From Octopus vulgaris (lineage: Eukaryota): a stretch of DNA of 64,000 bases. Positions within the stretch are counted from its first letter, which is position 1. Every line of letters begins with the position of its first letter. Made by a program: the position numbers and the translations under genes. Location: the NCBI GenBank assembly GCA_951406725.2, contig OX597827.1, forward strand, positions 57,598,001 to 57,662,000. Direction: 5' to 3'. Positions 23,760 to 36,925 of the stretch are shown piece after piece. The notes under the pieces are model-generated. The model had not been told where the DNA came from. It saw only the letters and a program-made list of their open reading frames with translations, and did not search any database.

Positions 23760-26700
23760 CTGAAATAGAAGAAAACGAAATGATTAAAATAGATTGAAAC
23801 AAATGTTAATTTGTCAAAAATATTAAACCGAAAAAACAAAACAAAACAAAAAAAAGCATCAATTGTCTTTAAAAAACCCTGAATTCTTTCTCTTTATTTA
23901 TTTACAGCTTTTAACAAAGTAATATCATTGTGGCATTCGGAAGGGTATCTAGCTGTAGAAGCCATGCCAAAGGAGGCACTGGAGTACAAATGTCCTCTTT
24001 AGACACATTGGAGTCCGTCAAATGGTCAAACCATGCAAGCATGGAATATTGACATTAAATAGTGATAAGATGATGATGAATGTTTCATTGCATAGAACTA
24101 GAATCACTCTAGTTGTATCTTCTCTTGGTAGACATAGTATTTTAGGGATATAAAAGACAAAGATGTGACATTACATTCATATACATAGCATACACAATGG
24201 AAAGAAAGTAAAATGACTACAGCCTAGACTCGACTCCAGATTGTGAACTAAATTCATTCAGTTTAACACCTAAGACATTCTAGTCGAACACCTATGACAT
24301 TCTTGACACAGATCTCAGTGCTTAAACTGAATAAGCTTTTTAGAGTGAAATCATTTCCCATGACTCAAAGCAGAGAAATCAATACTTTACAACTCTGTTC
24401 TCTCTAAGCTATGTGTGTGTGTGTGCATACATTTTGTCAATCAACACACAAAAGGAAATATGTGTATAAGAAATTAATGCCTAGTTAATAACAAAAAGGT
24501 TAGCTGCATAAAATAATAATTAAGCTTATTATATACATTCAATATGCAGATGCTTTTTGTGATACAAAAACATTTTTATGAGAAAATTTTTGTGCACATT
24601 TACGACCATAAATTAATAAAAACATTTTTAAACAATAATCACCAACCACGACATGAACATATGACTGCTCTGAAGGTACTTCTTAATCTATGAAAGTTTT
24701 TCCTCTTTTTCAACATTATTTTAACGTCCCCTTTTCTGCAACCAAATGCCCTTTCTTTTGCTAAGTCTCGCCCATTTCCAAGTAAAGTAATATTTCCCCA
24801 CTGACAAGGCTGGTTTTCACGGAATATTCGAAATGAACATCATTTGTGATGTTTGTTTACAACTATTGAATGATGGCAAGACTAGGATACATACAAACAT
24901 GCACATGTAATATATCCTTTCTGCTATAGGCAGAAGGCCTGAAATTGGGGGGAGGGGGAAGAGAAGGGTCAAGTTAATTACATCGATTCCAGTGCTCAAC
25001 TGGTGCTTATTTCATCAAGCCCAAAAGGATGAAAAGCAAAGTTGACCTTGGCAGAATCTGAACTCAGAACAAACAAACAAACAAACAAACACCCACACAT
25101 GCTATATCGTTTTAATTTCTACTTTTCCATGCTTCTATGAGTCAGAATTTGTTGAGAGATTTTCTGCAAACAGATTCCTTTCCTGTTGATAATCCTAGCC
25201 AAACACAGTATAATACTTCCCCATGACCAGGCATGTTTTCATAGAAGACTGGAAATGTAAAACATTGCATTTGATGCTCATTTACAACTTTTTGCATGGT
25301 GTCAAAATGAGACACTCACACACACAATGGGCTTCTTTCCAGTTTCTGTCTACCATGTGGAACCACTGCTTAACCACCATTGTTCCCAGGTTTACTTGAA
25401 CTCAGAGTCCCAGCATATTAGGTCTTATATGTGAAGACTGTATCCAGCAGACTCTGCAGAAGAAACCTTCACAGTTCAACAGAGGGGAAGGCAGCAGCAG
25501 AAACACATTGTGGAGTGCAGAGAGTAAGATCAATTAAGACATCTTGGTCAGTCACTGCATCTGTCTCCACACCCAGTCCATCTTGACTTGGTCTTGCCAC
25601 TCTTCTGAAGATGGTCATAGGCAAGAATGTGAGGTTGACAGTGCACAACTCTACTTCAAACAAAGTCACAGTGCAAGTAATCAGTCATCCTTGAGGTTGA
25701 CTCGATGGTCCTTGTTGCTCCAACAAACAAACATGACCTCCTTTAGCAGCATTCTCTATAACAAGCATTTGAACTTAACCACCACCTAGCCCCCTGCTAA
25801 ATGTTTTTTATGTTTTCCTTACAAATCCTGACCATTATTTCCTGTGACATTAAAACTGAACATCAACCACATCAATTTCACCTGTTTATGAGGATTGGCA
25901 AAGGTCATGAGCTTTGCACCAACCCCTGCCTGATTAATCTATATAATTATGAAAAAATGAAACAACAAAAAGTCACTGATGCACAGTAAAATACTTTCCA
26001 ATACATAAGTCAAGAATTTGGCAAGTTTCCAAAACACAAGGATTTCAAATGAATGGAAAGAAGTCTTTCACAGAATATTGTTTTATAGTTGGGTGAATTA
26101 GATCTGTCTAACCATTAAACTCCTTATGATACTGAATCACATGAGACTGTCCCTGTTTGATTCTATGCTATAAACTTCCTACTTTTAATGTGATCTAAAT
26201 TTGTATTTTCCATCAAAATTTCAATTTATGTGCTCCAATCACCAACTTAATAACGACAAGGTTATTTTATTAAATTCTTCATTATTTTCAAAATTAATTG
26301 AGCAAGGGCAATGTATTTCAACAGAAATAACAAAACGGTTAGTTCAAACAGCCAATCCAAAACCCCCATGAACAAATGTTGAGAATCTCGCTTGTATTTG
26401 ATTCCCATTTTACATTTCAAATGTGGCAAATCTCCAGTTCACATTCTAGCTGATCTATCACTAAATAGTGTTATATTTTGTAACTATTCCATTAAGTCTA
26501 TTGGTATCTTATTTCTTAACTGCTCTAGTCATTGGACTACAGCCATGCTGGGGCACAACTTTGTAGGGTTTAAGTCAAACAGATTGACCTCAGGACTGTT
26601 TTCTTAAAGTCTTATTTTATTCTATTGGTCTCTTTTGATGAACTACCAAGCTATAGGGACATAAACAAACCAACGCTGGTTGTCAACACATGCATATATA

Positions 26701-27084
26701 TGATGGGCTTCCACAGTTTCTGTCTACCAAACTGTTTCACAAGGCATTGATCGGTCTGTTTGTAAGCTTTACTTCAAGCCTGTATTTGAGGATGTCGTCA
26801 CTTTATAACTTTGCGGAAGTTTAAAAGAGAAAAAAAAAATCAAACCACTTGAGTTTCCCAACCACTATATACAAAAAAAAAAAAAAAATAATCATCACGA
26901 GATATTACATGAGTAATCAACAGATTTCTGTTAAAATACTATCAGAAATAATAATTTTTCTATGATTATCACGCCAACCCTAATTAAGGAAATAAACTTC
27001 GTAATTATTAAAACATCACATGCTACATTATTCAAGGTTAAATTAAGTGAAGATCACATGTACGACAGCATCAGATTATCTTTT

Positions 27085-27273
27085 ATTTTCACTTGTTTCA
27101 GTCATTATAAACTGCGGCCATGCTGGGGCACTGCCTTGAAGAATTTTTAGTCAAATGAATTCACACCTAGTATTTTTATTTTTTAAGCCTGGGACTTATT
27201 CTATCAGTGTCTATAACTGAACCACTAAATTATGGGGACACAAACACACACACTGGTCATCAAGTGGGGGGGG

Positions 27274-27318
<45 letters not shown>

Positions 27319-27567
27319 CATATATAAGTAAATAATTTAATAATTTCAATAGTATTAGACCACAGGCTAAGTGATATTTTTCTTTTAAGAGTAGGTATAA
27401 TTCTATCAATAATGAATTTTATACACACACACATGATGGGCTTCTTTCATTTTCTGCCTACCAAATCCACTCACAAGGCTTTAGTTGGCCCAAGGCTATA
27501 GAAGAAGACACTTGCCCAAGGTGCTACACAGTAGGACTGAACCTGGAACCATGTGGCTGGGAAGCAA
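27085..27567 (-). mobile_element. SINE family A copy with expanded internal microsatellite/insert
   Basis: Family A tail, body and head in reverse. Other minus copies at about 22705-23016, 26510-26760, 29948-30312, 56493-56856, 59135-59503, 60034-60408 and 62432-62825. Confidence 0.8.
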
Positions 27568-29067
27568 GAGGAGAAAAATAGCAATCCAAGTGAAAAGCCT
27601 TGAGCATGGAGTGTATCAGGAACTATCAAAGATGTTTCTAAAAAACCTCTCTAACCTAACAATTAACAACTAAATGTTTGTATCACTGGAAGCTCTTCCA
27701 AGCAAGTGGCATTATCCTGACCATTTGGATATAATTTTTTGTTTTGCACGATTCATGATATGAAAGCTTATGTTGAAATATATTGAATGTAAGGAGGGTC
27801 ATGACACCAACATAAATACATGCACTGGCTTTATTTCATCAGATCTGGAACAACAGGGTCACATCGTTGATGAAGTAGCAAAAGGAAATGAAAGGTCTAT
27901 AATAAACCCACTGATTGACTTATTAAACGACTAGTCAAGTAATTAATTAATTGGGTAACTAGTTAACTAAAAATAAAAGTAAAATAAATCCACTATGTTT
28001 ATTTTCGGCAAAATGACTGACCCAACATACAACACACACACACACACACACACACACAGTGATTTCAAGTGTTTTCTGGTACAAAAAGCTTGTCTGGATT
28101 GCTGAACTAAGTTATGGAGATGTAAACAAACCAACATTAGTTATCAAGTGCTTGGGGGACAAACAAAGATGCCAATTCACACACAAGGCATTGGTTGGGA
28201 CTGAACCCCAAAACACATAGTAGCAAAGCGAGCTTCTTGACCACACAGCCATGCCTGCACCTACATATAAAACATTTTAAAATGATTTTACATTCATTTT
28301 CATCACAATAGGTTGGGTTAAATGACTCAGCAAATTTAGAAACTAAATTAGTTTCCAGCACTTACTAATCTCAAATGAGAGAATTATGACTAAGTAGAAT
28401 ATTGACTGTTTTTTTTTTTTTTTTTTTTTTTAATGATGGCTGAATGTGGTTAGTGAAGTACCTTGGATTAATAGCTGTGCTTGGACTTATGGCATTCAGG
28501 TGAAAACAGACAGTGCCCTAACCACTCAGCTACCAAGCTTCAATGACTGCATTTCACCACTATGTATGAATAACAGTTGATGCCAGAGAAAAGAATACGG
28601 TCTCAAGTGAATGTGGCATTGAATGTAGCAGTGAAATATTAAAATTTAATGCCAGAAACACATGTCTGCTCGCTAGATGCATCCAGCAGACAGACATTAA
28701 AACACAAAAGAACGAAACAAACCTTTATTGTATTATAACATCTAACAAAAAGCCAATCAATGTCTAGAGACCTAGATGGAAGCAACAAATTCAAATGACT
28801 TAATTTAGGCTGTTTGGCAATAATTCAGTTGGAAATTTGTCCAGCCTTAAGACACAGGAAATTTAACAGTGTGTGTGTGTAAAACACACTTTGCTGTCAG
28901 TAAACATGAGGCCATGAGTAAAACAGACTCTCTTCCCATGACTATCATCATCGCCATTGATTTAATATATGATGTACCTTTTTCCCATGCAGGCATAGGT
29001 TGCAGAAATATGTGGTTCACTATTATTCTATGTGCCTTAATGATGTCATCTCTCACCTGAGCGGAAC

Positions 29068-29271
29068 TACAAGGAGGTGCTGAAACATTCCTCACTTTAA
29101 GGGTACCATGAAATGCCTGGTTGGGGGCCCAACATTCAGGGTTTTTTCTTTTACAGGGTTTAGAAAAACTGAAGGACCACTGCAATAAGTGTATGAATCC
29201 TAGAGGGGAATGTTTCCTCCTGTATTTTTTTTTTTTAACCCAAAATCAGGAACTTTTCAGCACCCTCTCTA
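29068..29271 (+). mobile_element. Mariner-derived MITE retaining the transposase C-terminal codons
   Basis: TA-flanked TIR gaggtgctgaaacattcct / aggaacttttcagcaccctc; encodes WLGAQHSGFFLLQGLEKLKDHCNKCMNPRGEC, similar to the mariner end motif FF..GI.KL..RW.KC....GEY. Confidence 0.75.
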
Positions 29272-31460
29272 ACATACCCAGAAGTAGTCAAATTCCAACA
29301 TGTTAAGTCTTTGATCTGTCGCTGATGTGGATATATCCTACCAAGAACTTACATCACTTCTTCATCAAACAACCCCCCTCCCACCACCACCACCATCCAC
29401 TTGCTCTTACCAACACTCAAACCCTCATGTGAATTAACAACATTGTACATCACCGAACCACACTAAACTCATTACTCACCAATCAATGCAGATACATATC
29501 ACAAATGAAAATTAATTAGCACTGCTAGTGTTTATTCATCAATATGTATGATGTACACAAATAAAATACACACATACATAATGGACTAGCCATTTATTGA
29601 AGAATGCTGATGCAAAAGTTACAATGACAGTACAGCATGGCAACAGTGCTAACGCTCAGGCCATGCCTTTCTCTCTTTTTTTTCTTTGATTCTTTTTTTT
29701 TTTAATTATTTAGTGAGGAAGGAGGAGCGCAGCCCATGACCTTTGAAAGATATTGATATAGTGTGCATTTATTTTGAACAGTATCTGTAAATCGGTGTCT
29801 GTAGGTAAAACGTGAGTGAGAAAGGAATTTCAGAGAGAGTTGGCCTTCTGGGAGAATATGGTTAAGGTGTTAAATATGTAAAAAGAGGTGCATGGTGGTA
29901 AAGTGGTTAGTGCTGTAAGCCCTCAACAAGACCATTAGAATTTGTTCTATTTTTTATTGGTTTTAGCAATTGTACTGCAACCAGGCTGGGACACCACCTT
30001 TAAAGATTTTTTATCAAACAAATCGACCCCAGTACTTATTTTTTAAACCTGGTACTTATTCTATAAGTCTCTTTTACTGAACTACTAAATTATGGGAGAC
30101 ATACACAAACCAACATCAGTTATCAAGTGGTTATGGGGGAACAAACACAAACACACACATAACAGGCTTCTTTCAGTTTCTGTCTACCAAATCCACATAT
30201 AATGATTTGGTTGGCCCAAGGCTATAATAGACACTTGCCCAGGTGCCAGACAATGGGACTGAACTTGGAATGATATGGTTGGGAAGCAAACTTCTTAGTA
30301 CACAGTCATGTTTGTCTTTTTCTTCCAGTTGAAAAGGATGGGTCCATTTTGCTTCAACAGACCTGTGACAGGGAGGTTAACAATTATACATTTGGAGTGA
30401 CTCACTGATTAGAGAAACATCAGCAAACCTGCTATGGGAATTTGGCACAAACCATAATGCAACGATTGCAGTTTGGTTAGGTTTGGTAGCCTGGATATGT
30501 TACTCCCTCAGTTGGTTGAAATGAGAAGTACCTTAACGGCAGATAACAAGAGCCAATTTAGTGGATGTCATATGGAAGATATATGTAGCTGCACAATGTG
30601 TGGTCAGATAATTCATATAAACTATTTCGATTTCTGGCATTAACTCACAATAAGTAGGCATCAATTGCTATATTTTATACACATACACAAACTAAAACAA
30701 ATCACATCTATAAATAGGAGTGGAAAATAACTATATGTAAAAATAGTTATTTACACAAACAGACATACTCATTATTATGATTGTCATTCAATTCAGTTTA
30801 ACATTATTATTATTATTATTATCATTATAATTATTATCTTGTAGGAAATTCAACTTACAACCTATATTCTTATTGTGTTTTTAATCTACAAATTGGTCTT
30901 GTTATCTGGCTTTTCTTCGAATCACCATTACACTGACAACACAAAATATCCTTGTATCGTTTACAAGTTAGACTGAAATATGATCTGTCAGGTTCTAGTT
31001 ACTTTAAGTGCTTCTATCAGTTACTGAACTGGGGTGGTGTGTTGTGGGCATAGACACACACATTTATTTAATCTACCTTACTAGCTTAAAACTCAACAGG
31101 TGACATTAAATTAAACATTGGAATATTGATTATAGTTCAGATAGAAAGAATTGTGTTTATCCAGTCACATCGATGATGAGATGGGAATAGTAGGTGATTT
31201 CCACCCCGTTCTATCAATCTCACTTAAAAACATCACGTATAGATACATTCATCCAAGTTATTGCCTATGTTCTCCTTTTCTAATCATTTTTCTTTCAAGA
31301 GTGTCAATGGAACAAGTACCAGCTAAGTAATGTGCTGGAATGAATCTTTCATCTTTTACTCGTTTCAGTCACTGGACTGTGGCCAAACTGGGGCACCGCC
31401 TTGAAGGGTTTAGCTAAACAAATCAACCCCTGCCACCAGTACTTCTTTTCACTTTTTCTT

Positions 31461-31498
<38 letters not shown>

Positions 31499-31618
31499 TG
31501 GTATTTATTTCATTGAGCCCTTTCCCTGAATTGCTAAGCCATGAGGACGTAAAGAAATCAATACTGGTAGTCAAGAAGTGTGGAGACAAACACATTATGT
31601 ATTAAGAAAAAAGCAGTC

Positions 31619-31843
31619 AGAATTTTGGCTAATTCTTTATTAGCACTTTTGTTCAGTTAATTGAGCTCTTCAAGATAAAACCAAGATTATAAAACAAAGT
31701 TTCTTCGTCTTATCTACCTCTCTTTCTTCAAAAAACAAAATTTCTCTTCAATTCATATAAAAGCCGAAGAAACTTTTATTATCTTGGTTTTATCTTGAAG
31801 AGTTTAGTTAAATAAGTGCTAATAAAGAATTATCCAAAATTCT
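31619..31843. repeat. Long inverted repeat (~90 bp arms) next to (TA)n
   Basis: agaattttggctaattctttattagcactt...ctcttcaagataaaaccaagat...aaagtttcttcg pairs with cgaagaaacttt...atcttggttttatcttgaagag...aagtgctaataaagaattatccaaaattct. Confidence 0.9.
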
Positions 31844-31858
31844 CAGTGGGTCCTTTTC

Positions 31859-31918
<60 letters not shown>

Positions 31919-32344
31919 CCTTCTCCTCACTCTCTTTGTTTCTTTCCCTTCATCCTCTCTCTTGTCCCCTTCTCCTATGCCTCTTGCTCACATGTGACTA
32001 TAGGCCATTTCTTTCACCCCTGTCTTTTCTGGACAGGACAGCCACTGGGCTGGATGTCGTTCCTGTTGCCTCCTGACATTTTACTTCTGTTTATTCTATT
32101 TCCTTTAGGAATTTCTCCCAGGTGTTACCCATTACAATTTATCTTGGCCTAACAGCCCTTAATGTTTGTTTGTCTTGATCGAGTGCTTACTTTGTACATC
32201 CACTCTGTTGTTTTTGTTTGTTCATCTGAAACCCTAACTCTCCAAATTTTATACTTCAAAAATTTCTGGATGCTGCTGTCTTACGAAGTTTTCCTATCCC
32301 GTCATTAAAAGCATAAAATGGGTCAGTAAAACAGTAGACAACTG

Positions 32345-32772
32345 GGATCTTTTCGGTTTGAATGGCAGTTTTTTCTAGAAATGTCATATGAAATTGTCAC
32401 CCATAATTATGACCCTAGTATCGATCTATTGCTTTTCAATCTGTTTTAGGGTTAGGGTGAGAGTTAGAGTTAGTGGTGGGGGGAAGGGTATCTTTTTTCT
32501 TCACAAATGTAAATAAACCCAATCTGTTTCTTAAACGAGGGACATATTCATACGGCACAGAATGGTTTCACCTCAACAGACGTCATTGATTGGTTGAAAT
32601 TGCAGAAATTGAAGACAAAAAACAACAAATATCTTACAAACTACAGAATTTTCTCAATAAAGCCAAGAGAAAAAGATGTTTTATAAACGCATTCTACCAG
32701 TATACGAAGCTTAAAAGTGTTTAGTTACGTGGAAATTATTTAAAAAAACTGCCGGTCAAACTGAAAAGATCC
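32345..32772. mobile_element. Non-autonomous DNA transposon, Merlin-like (GG-starting ~30 bp TIR, 8 bp TSD)
   Basis: TIR ggatcttttcggtttgaatggcagtttttt / aaaaaactgccggtcaaactgaaaagatcc; TSD gacaactg/gacaattg; interrupts the 31910-32850 element. Confidence 0.8.
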
Positions 32773-33666
32773 GACAATTGGTATTTTGTCCTGTATTTGT
32801 CTCTCATGTGTTTACATATTTTTCACTCGATGATGTCCTGTACTTAATGTGTATTTTACACACACACAATGGGATTCCACAGTTTCCCCTCTACCAAATA
32901 CACTTACAAGACATAGGCCAGACTAAGACTATAAAAAACACCTGCCCCAAAGTGCCATGTAGTGAGACTAAACCTCAAAAACATGGATGCAAAGCAAAGT
33001 GGTCAGTCACACAACCATCCAACTCTCCTTCTAGTTAGAATCTTCTAGTACCAATAGTAATAAAAGTTGAAAAATACAAACAAAAAAAAACCAACAAAGT
33101 ACAAATTGTTGAACTTAGGTATAACCACACACATACACACAACAGCAAAAATATATGTACTAAAGATTCAAGAGTAATATTACTTATAAAACAACCCCTA
33201 CTTTCAGGATTGCATTATAATCTATAATATGAGAAAGATTAAATTATTACTACAGTATTAATCTTATAATCCAATGTCATATGACCAAAGGCTGTTTTTT
33301 TTTTTTTTTTTAATACAAAATAAGGGATAATCTGTCTCTACAGCAACACAATTATAAAGAATGTAGGGCAGAGGTTCTCAAATGGTCTCCTGCAAAGGTA
33401 TCTAGGTCTGTAGTGTTGATTTTTAAATGTATAATTTAAGACTTTAGAAAATCCATACATAATGCTTGAGCATCTTTGAGAAAAAATTTTGTTATACACA
33501 AAGCATGATTAATAAAATAAGGTGCATAGTTTATTTTACATTTTTGCCAAATCTTTAACTTGAATCACCCACAAACACATTACTTAAACAGACACTAAAT
33601 ATAGCAGTGTAACATTACTGGATATACCAATTTTACCAACTAAACTCATTCCAGGAAGCTGGTATG

Positions 33667-33856
33667 TAAATATTAATGACCTACAGGCATAGGAGTGGCT
33701 GTGAGGTAAGTAGCTTGCTTACAAACCACATGGTTCTGGGTTCAGTCCCACTGCGTGGCACCTTGGACAAGTCTGTTATACTATAGCCTCGGGCCGACCA
33801 AAGCTTTGTGAGTGGATTTGGTAGACGGAAACTGAAAGAAGCCCGTCGTATATATA

Positions 33857-33906
<50 letters not shown>

Positions 33907-34311
33907 TATGTATGTATATATATGTGTGTATGTGTTTGTATGTCTGTGTTTGTCCCCCCAACATCGCTTGACAACCGATGCTGGTGTGTTTACATCCCCG
34001 CAATTTAGTGGTTTGGCAAAAAGAGACCAATAAAATAAGTACTAGGCTTACAAAGAAAAAGTCCTGGAGTCGATTTGCTCGACTAAAGGCGATGCTCCAG
34101 CAAGGCCACAGTCAAATGACAAACAAGTAAAAGAGTAAAGAGAGTAAAGGGACACCATATTTCGTTTTGCAACCATAACATATTACAAAGTATATTAGAT
34201 GTTTTTATAAGTCAATACTGTGTTCTACAGTATTAGCGATGTTTAATATATTTTGTAGTATATTCAGGTTGCATAACGAAATATGGTGTCCCTATAGGTC
34301 ATTAATATTTA
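33667..34311. mobile_element. Palindromic (foldback) MITE interrupted by the family A SINE
   Basis: Removing the SINE joins taaatattaatgacctacagg to gacaccatatttcgttttgcaacc, the reverse complement of ggttgcataacgaaatatggtgtccctataggtcattaatattta. Confidence 0.8.
33686..34148 (+). mobile_element. SINE family A young full-length copy
   Basis: Complete head, internal (TA/TG/CA)n and gtaaaagagtaaagagag tail. Confidence 0.9.
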
Positions 34312-34562
34312 AAATTAATGACTTTGTTTCTGTCATCCTATGAGAAGTGAATATTGAAGATTAACAAAATGGATATGTGAAGAAACAGCAGGATAAGATT
34401 GACAACAAATTTAACAGATATTATCTGGAAAATAAAAACTTAGAAGTGGTCTTTCACAAGAAGAAAGGACAATAAATGGAAAAGTAAATTGACAGAATGG
34501 ATTCTATGTCCAGAAAAATGAAAGAGGAGAAGGCTAAGCAGAAGTTGGAATGCCCTTGCATT

Positions 34563-34793
34563 TTAACATTTTAGCATTCAGGTTACTCTGTCAAATGTAA
34601 TGGTTATCTATTCATGTTTTCATATTGTTTTGAATTAATCTTGCATGACACTGTGTCAAGATTTCAGTGTGTTTCTTTATTATTAGAATGACATTGTAGG
34701 TTAGATACGAGAGGCCAGATCTGGTTAGTTTGAACATAAAAGCAGGTGGAATATTTGGGCCTGACAATGTCAGTTTAAATGCTAAAAGGTTAA
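34563..34793. mobile_element. piggyBac-type MITE family 1
   Basis: TTAA at both ends, ttagcatt/aatgctaa TIR. Further copies at about 1085-1205, 38913-39138, 59560-59736 and 63832-64000. Confidence 0.8.
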
Positions 34794-36368
34794 GTTGGTA
34801 TTGCTCACAATTCAAGTTGATCTGATAAAGCTTCCTGTTGGTTCCTGGTAGTGAATTTGTGTTTCAGTGTTAAGTGAGCTAGTTGAGGACAAAGTGTTTA
34901 AAAGTTATTTAGAAGCTTTTGAGAGAGAGAGAGAGAGAGAGTCGGAAATGCAGAACGGGTTGAAGGTCAAATGTCTATATAATTTATTTTTATCCCACCC
35001 TCCACAAACACTATCAATAGAGGAAGAAAAAACAAATTAAATTTACATGACACTACGGTGTGAAGGGAACAACCAAATATTGCTTACATACTTTTTCTTA
35101 AATTTAAAAAAAAAGAACATTTCATTAAAGAGAGCAGAAAGAATCAAGTTTGAACAGAGCTATAATATAGTGTAGTCTGATTAACCATTTCTTCCTGAAT
35201 AGGTTCAGTGAGCAGAGAAGTTTTACCTCTTAACAAGATACAGAGAGAGAGAGAGAGAGAGAGAACAAGAGAGAGCGCCAATAGGCAGACAAATCATGCT
35301 AAAAATGACCTAAATCTCTTTATTTTGTAACATGATCCAGCAGAGACATTGAAATAACTCACCAGCACCTATTTTGATAAGGACTCTTCTTTCACCAGAT
35401 CTACTTTCCAGATAGAGGTTTCAAGAAGAAAACAAAAAAAATTACATACACCCAGTGTATCTAAGGATAAATCCCTTAGAAATCTTAGTTTCAGTAACAA
35501 ATTCACCCACCCAATCATCTCTCCACCCTACCCTTAACTGAAAAACCACCACTTTCCTACCCTGATTCAACTAACCCTTTCTTGCTTGGGAAATGTATTT
35601 CTAAAACCATAAACCAGCGCTAATATTGCATGTGTGTGTGTGTGTGTGTGTATGTGTGATCCTACCCCATTACTACCAGATAAACAAATACATGTACATG
35701 AATACATACACACAACAAACTTAAGTTCTGAAAAATCCATTTCTTATTGTATTCATTGCTACATACACACACACACACAAATGAACTGAACAGGATGCAT
35801 AGTTACTTTGGCACTTGCCCAATGAAAATTAACCAACAGACAAGGTTTTCAGCCAATTAAAAACAAAACTAAAAGCAATAAATAAATAAATAAATAAATG
35901 AAACTGCAGACTATGGTAAAACATCGATGTAAGAATTTTCAAAGCATCTCAATTGAGAGAAGGATTTTTATTATGGAAACCTTAAAATCATTGAGGTTAA
36001 AAATTCAAGTGCACAGGCTTTTGTATGATAAATACGATTTCCTTTGAGATGAGAAAGAAGTATATAGTTTGCCTCCAGTAATCTATTTATTACTGGCATT
36101 TACATATTTTATCAACTTCAGAAGGAAGAATGGCTATGATGAAACTTCGGGAGGACTTACAGGCAGAAACAGCAAAACAATAATTGTTTCTGATTTAGGA
36201 ACAAAGCCAAGAATTTTGAGTGGTGGTGGGGAGGGGGATTAGGTGATTCCCTCAATCTTCAGCATGTGACTGGTACATTATTTTATTAACCCCTGCAGAG
36301 ATGAAAGGCAAACTTAACCTCAACAAGATTTAAACTCAATGTATATAGTCAGAAGAAATACTGCAGAG

Positions 36369-36583
36369 TATGAGATGTTGAAAGGTTCCTGGCTTTAGCT
36401 AAAAGAAAATACAACAGGATCATTTAATGATTTTATTGAATATATTCCCCTTTCAGATTCACACACTTATTGCAGCAGTCCTTCAGTTTTTCTAAGCTTT
36501 GGTGAAAGAATTCAGAAGGTTGTGCTTCCAACCAGGACTTTCGCAATATCCTTAAAACCAGAAACATTTCAGCACCCCTAATA
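36369..36583 (-). mobile_element. Mariner-derived MITE, second copy
   Basis: Encodes SWLEAQPSEFFHQSLEKLKDCCNKCVNLKGEYIQ*; same TIR type as 29068-29271. Confidence 0.75.
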
Positions 36584-36709
36584 TGTTTTACCAATGCTTT
36601 TTTTTCTTCAATTTGCATGGCAGCTGAGTTCACAATTTTGAGCCAAAATATGAGCTAAAGTTTAGATCTAAAAAGATTCAGTACGTCCAAATTACTAAAG
36701 ATTAGCATA

Positions 36710-36925
36710 GTATTGATTTCAAATTTTGGCACAAGGCCAGCAATTTAGGGGGAGGGGGTAGTCAATTACATCGACCCCAGTGCTCAACTTATACTTATTT
36801 TATCAACCCTGAAAGGATGAAAGGTAAAGTCAACCTCAGCAGAATTTGAACTCAGAACATAAGAGATGAAATGTCGCTAAGCATTTTGCCCAGCGTGCTA
36901 ATGACTCTGCCAGTTCGCAGCCTTA
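36710..36925 (-). mobile_element. SINE family B copy
   Basis: ggcacaaggccagcaattt...tcgaccccagtgctcaact...gaaaggatgaaaggtaaagtcaacctc...gaactcagaac. Confidence 0.85.

Noticed and set aside
25380-25800. GC-richer block with short ORFs on both strands
   Set aside because: No splice-consistent frame or recognisable protein; probably an old LINE-derived fragment that I cannot classify.
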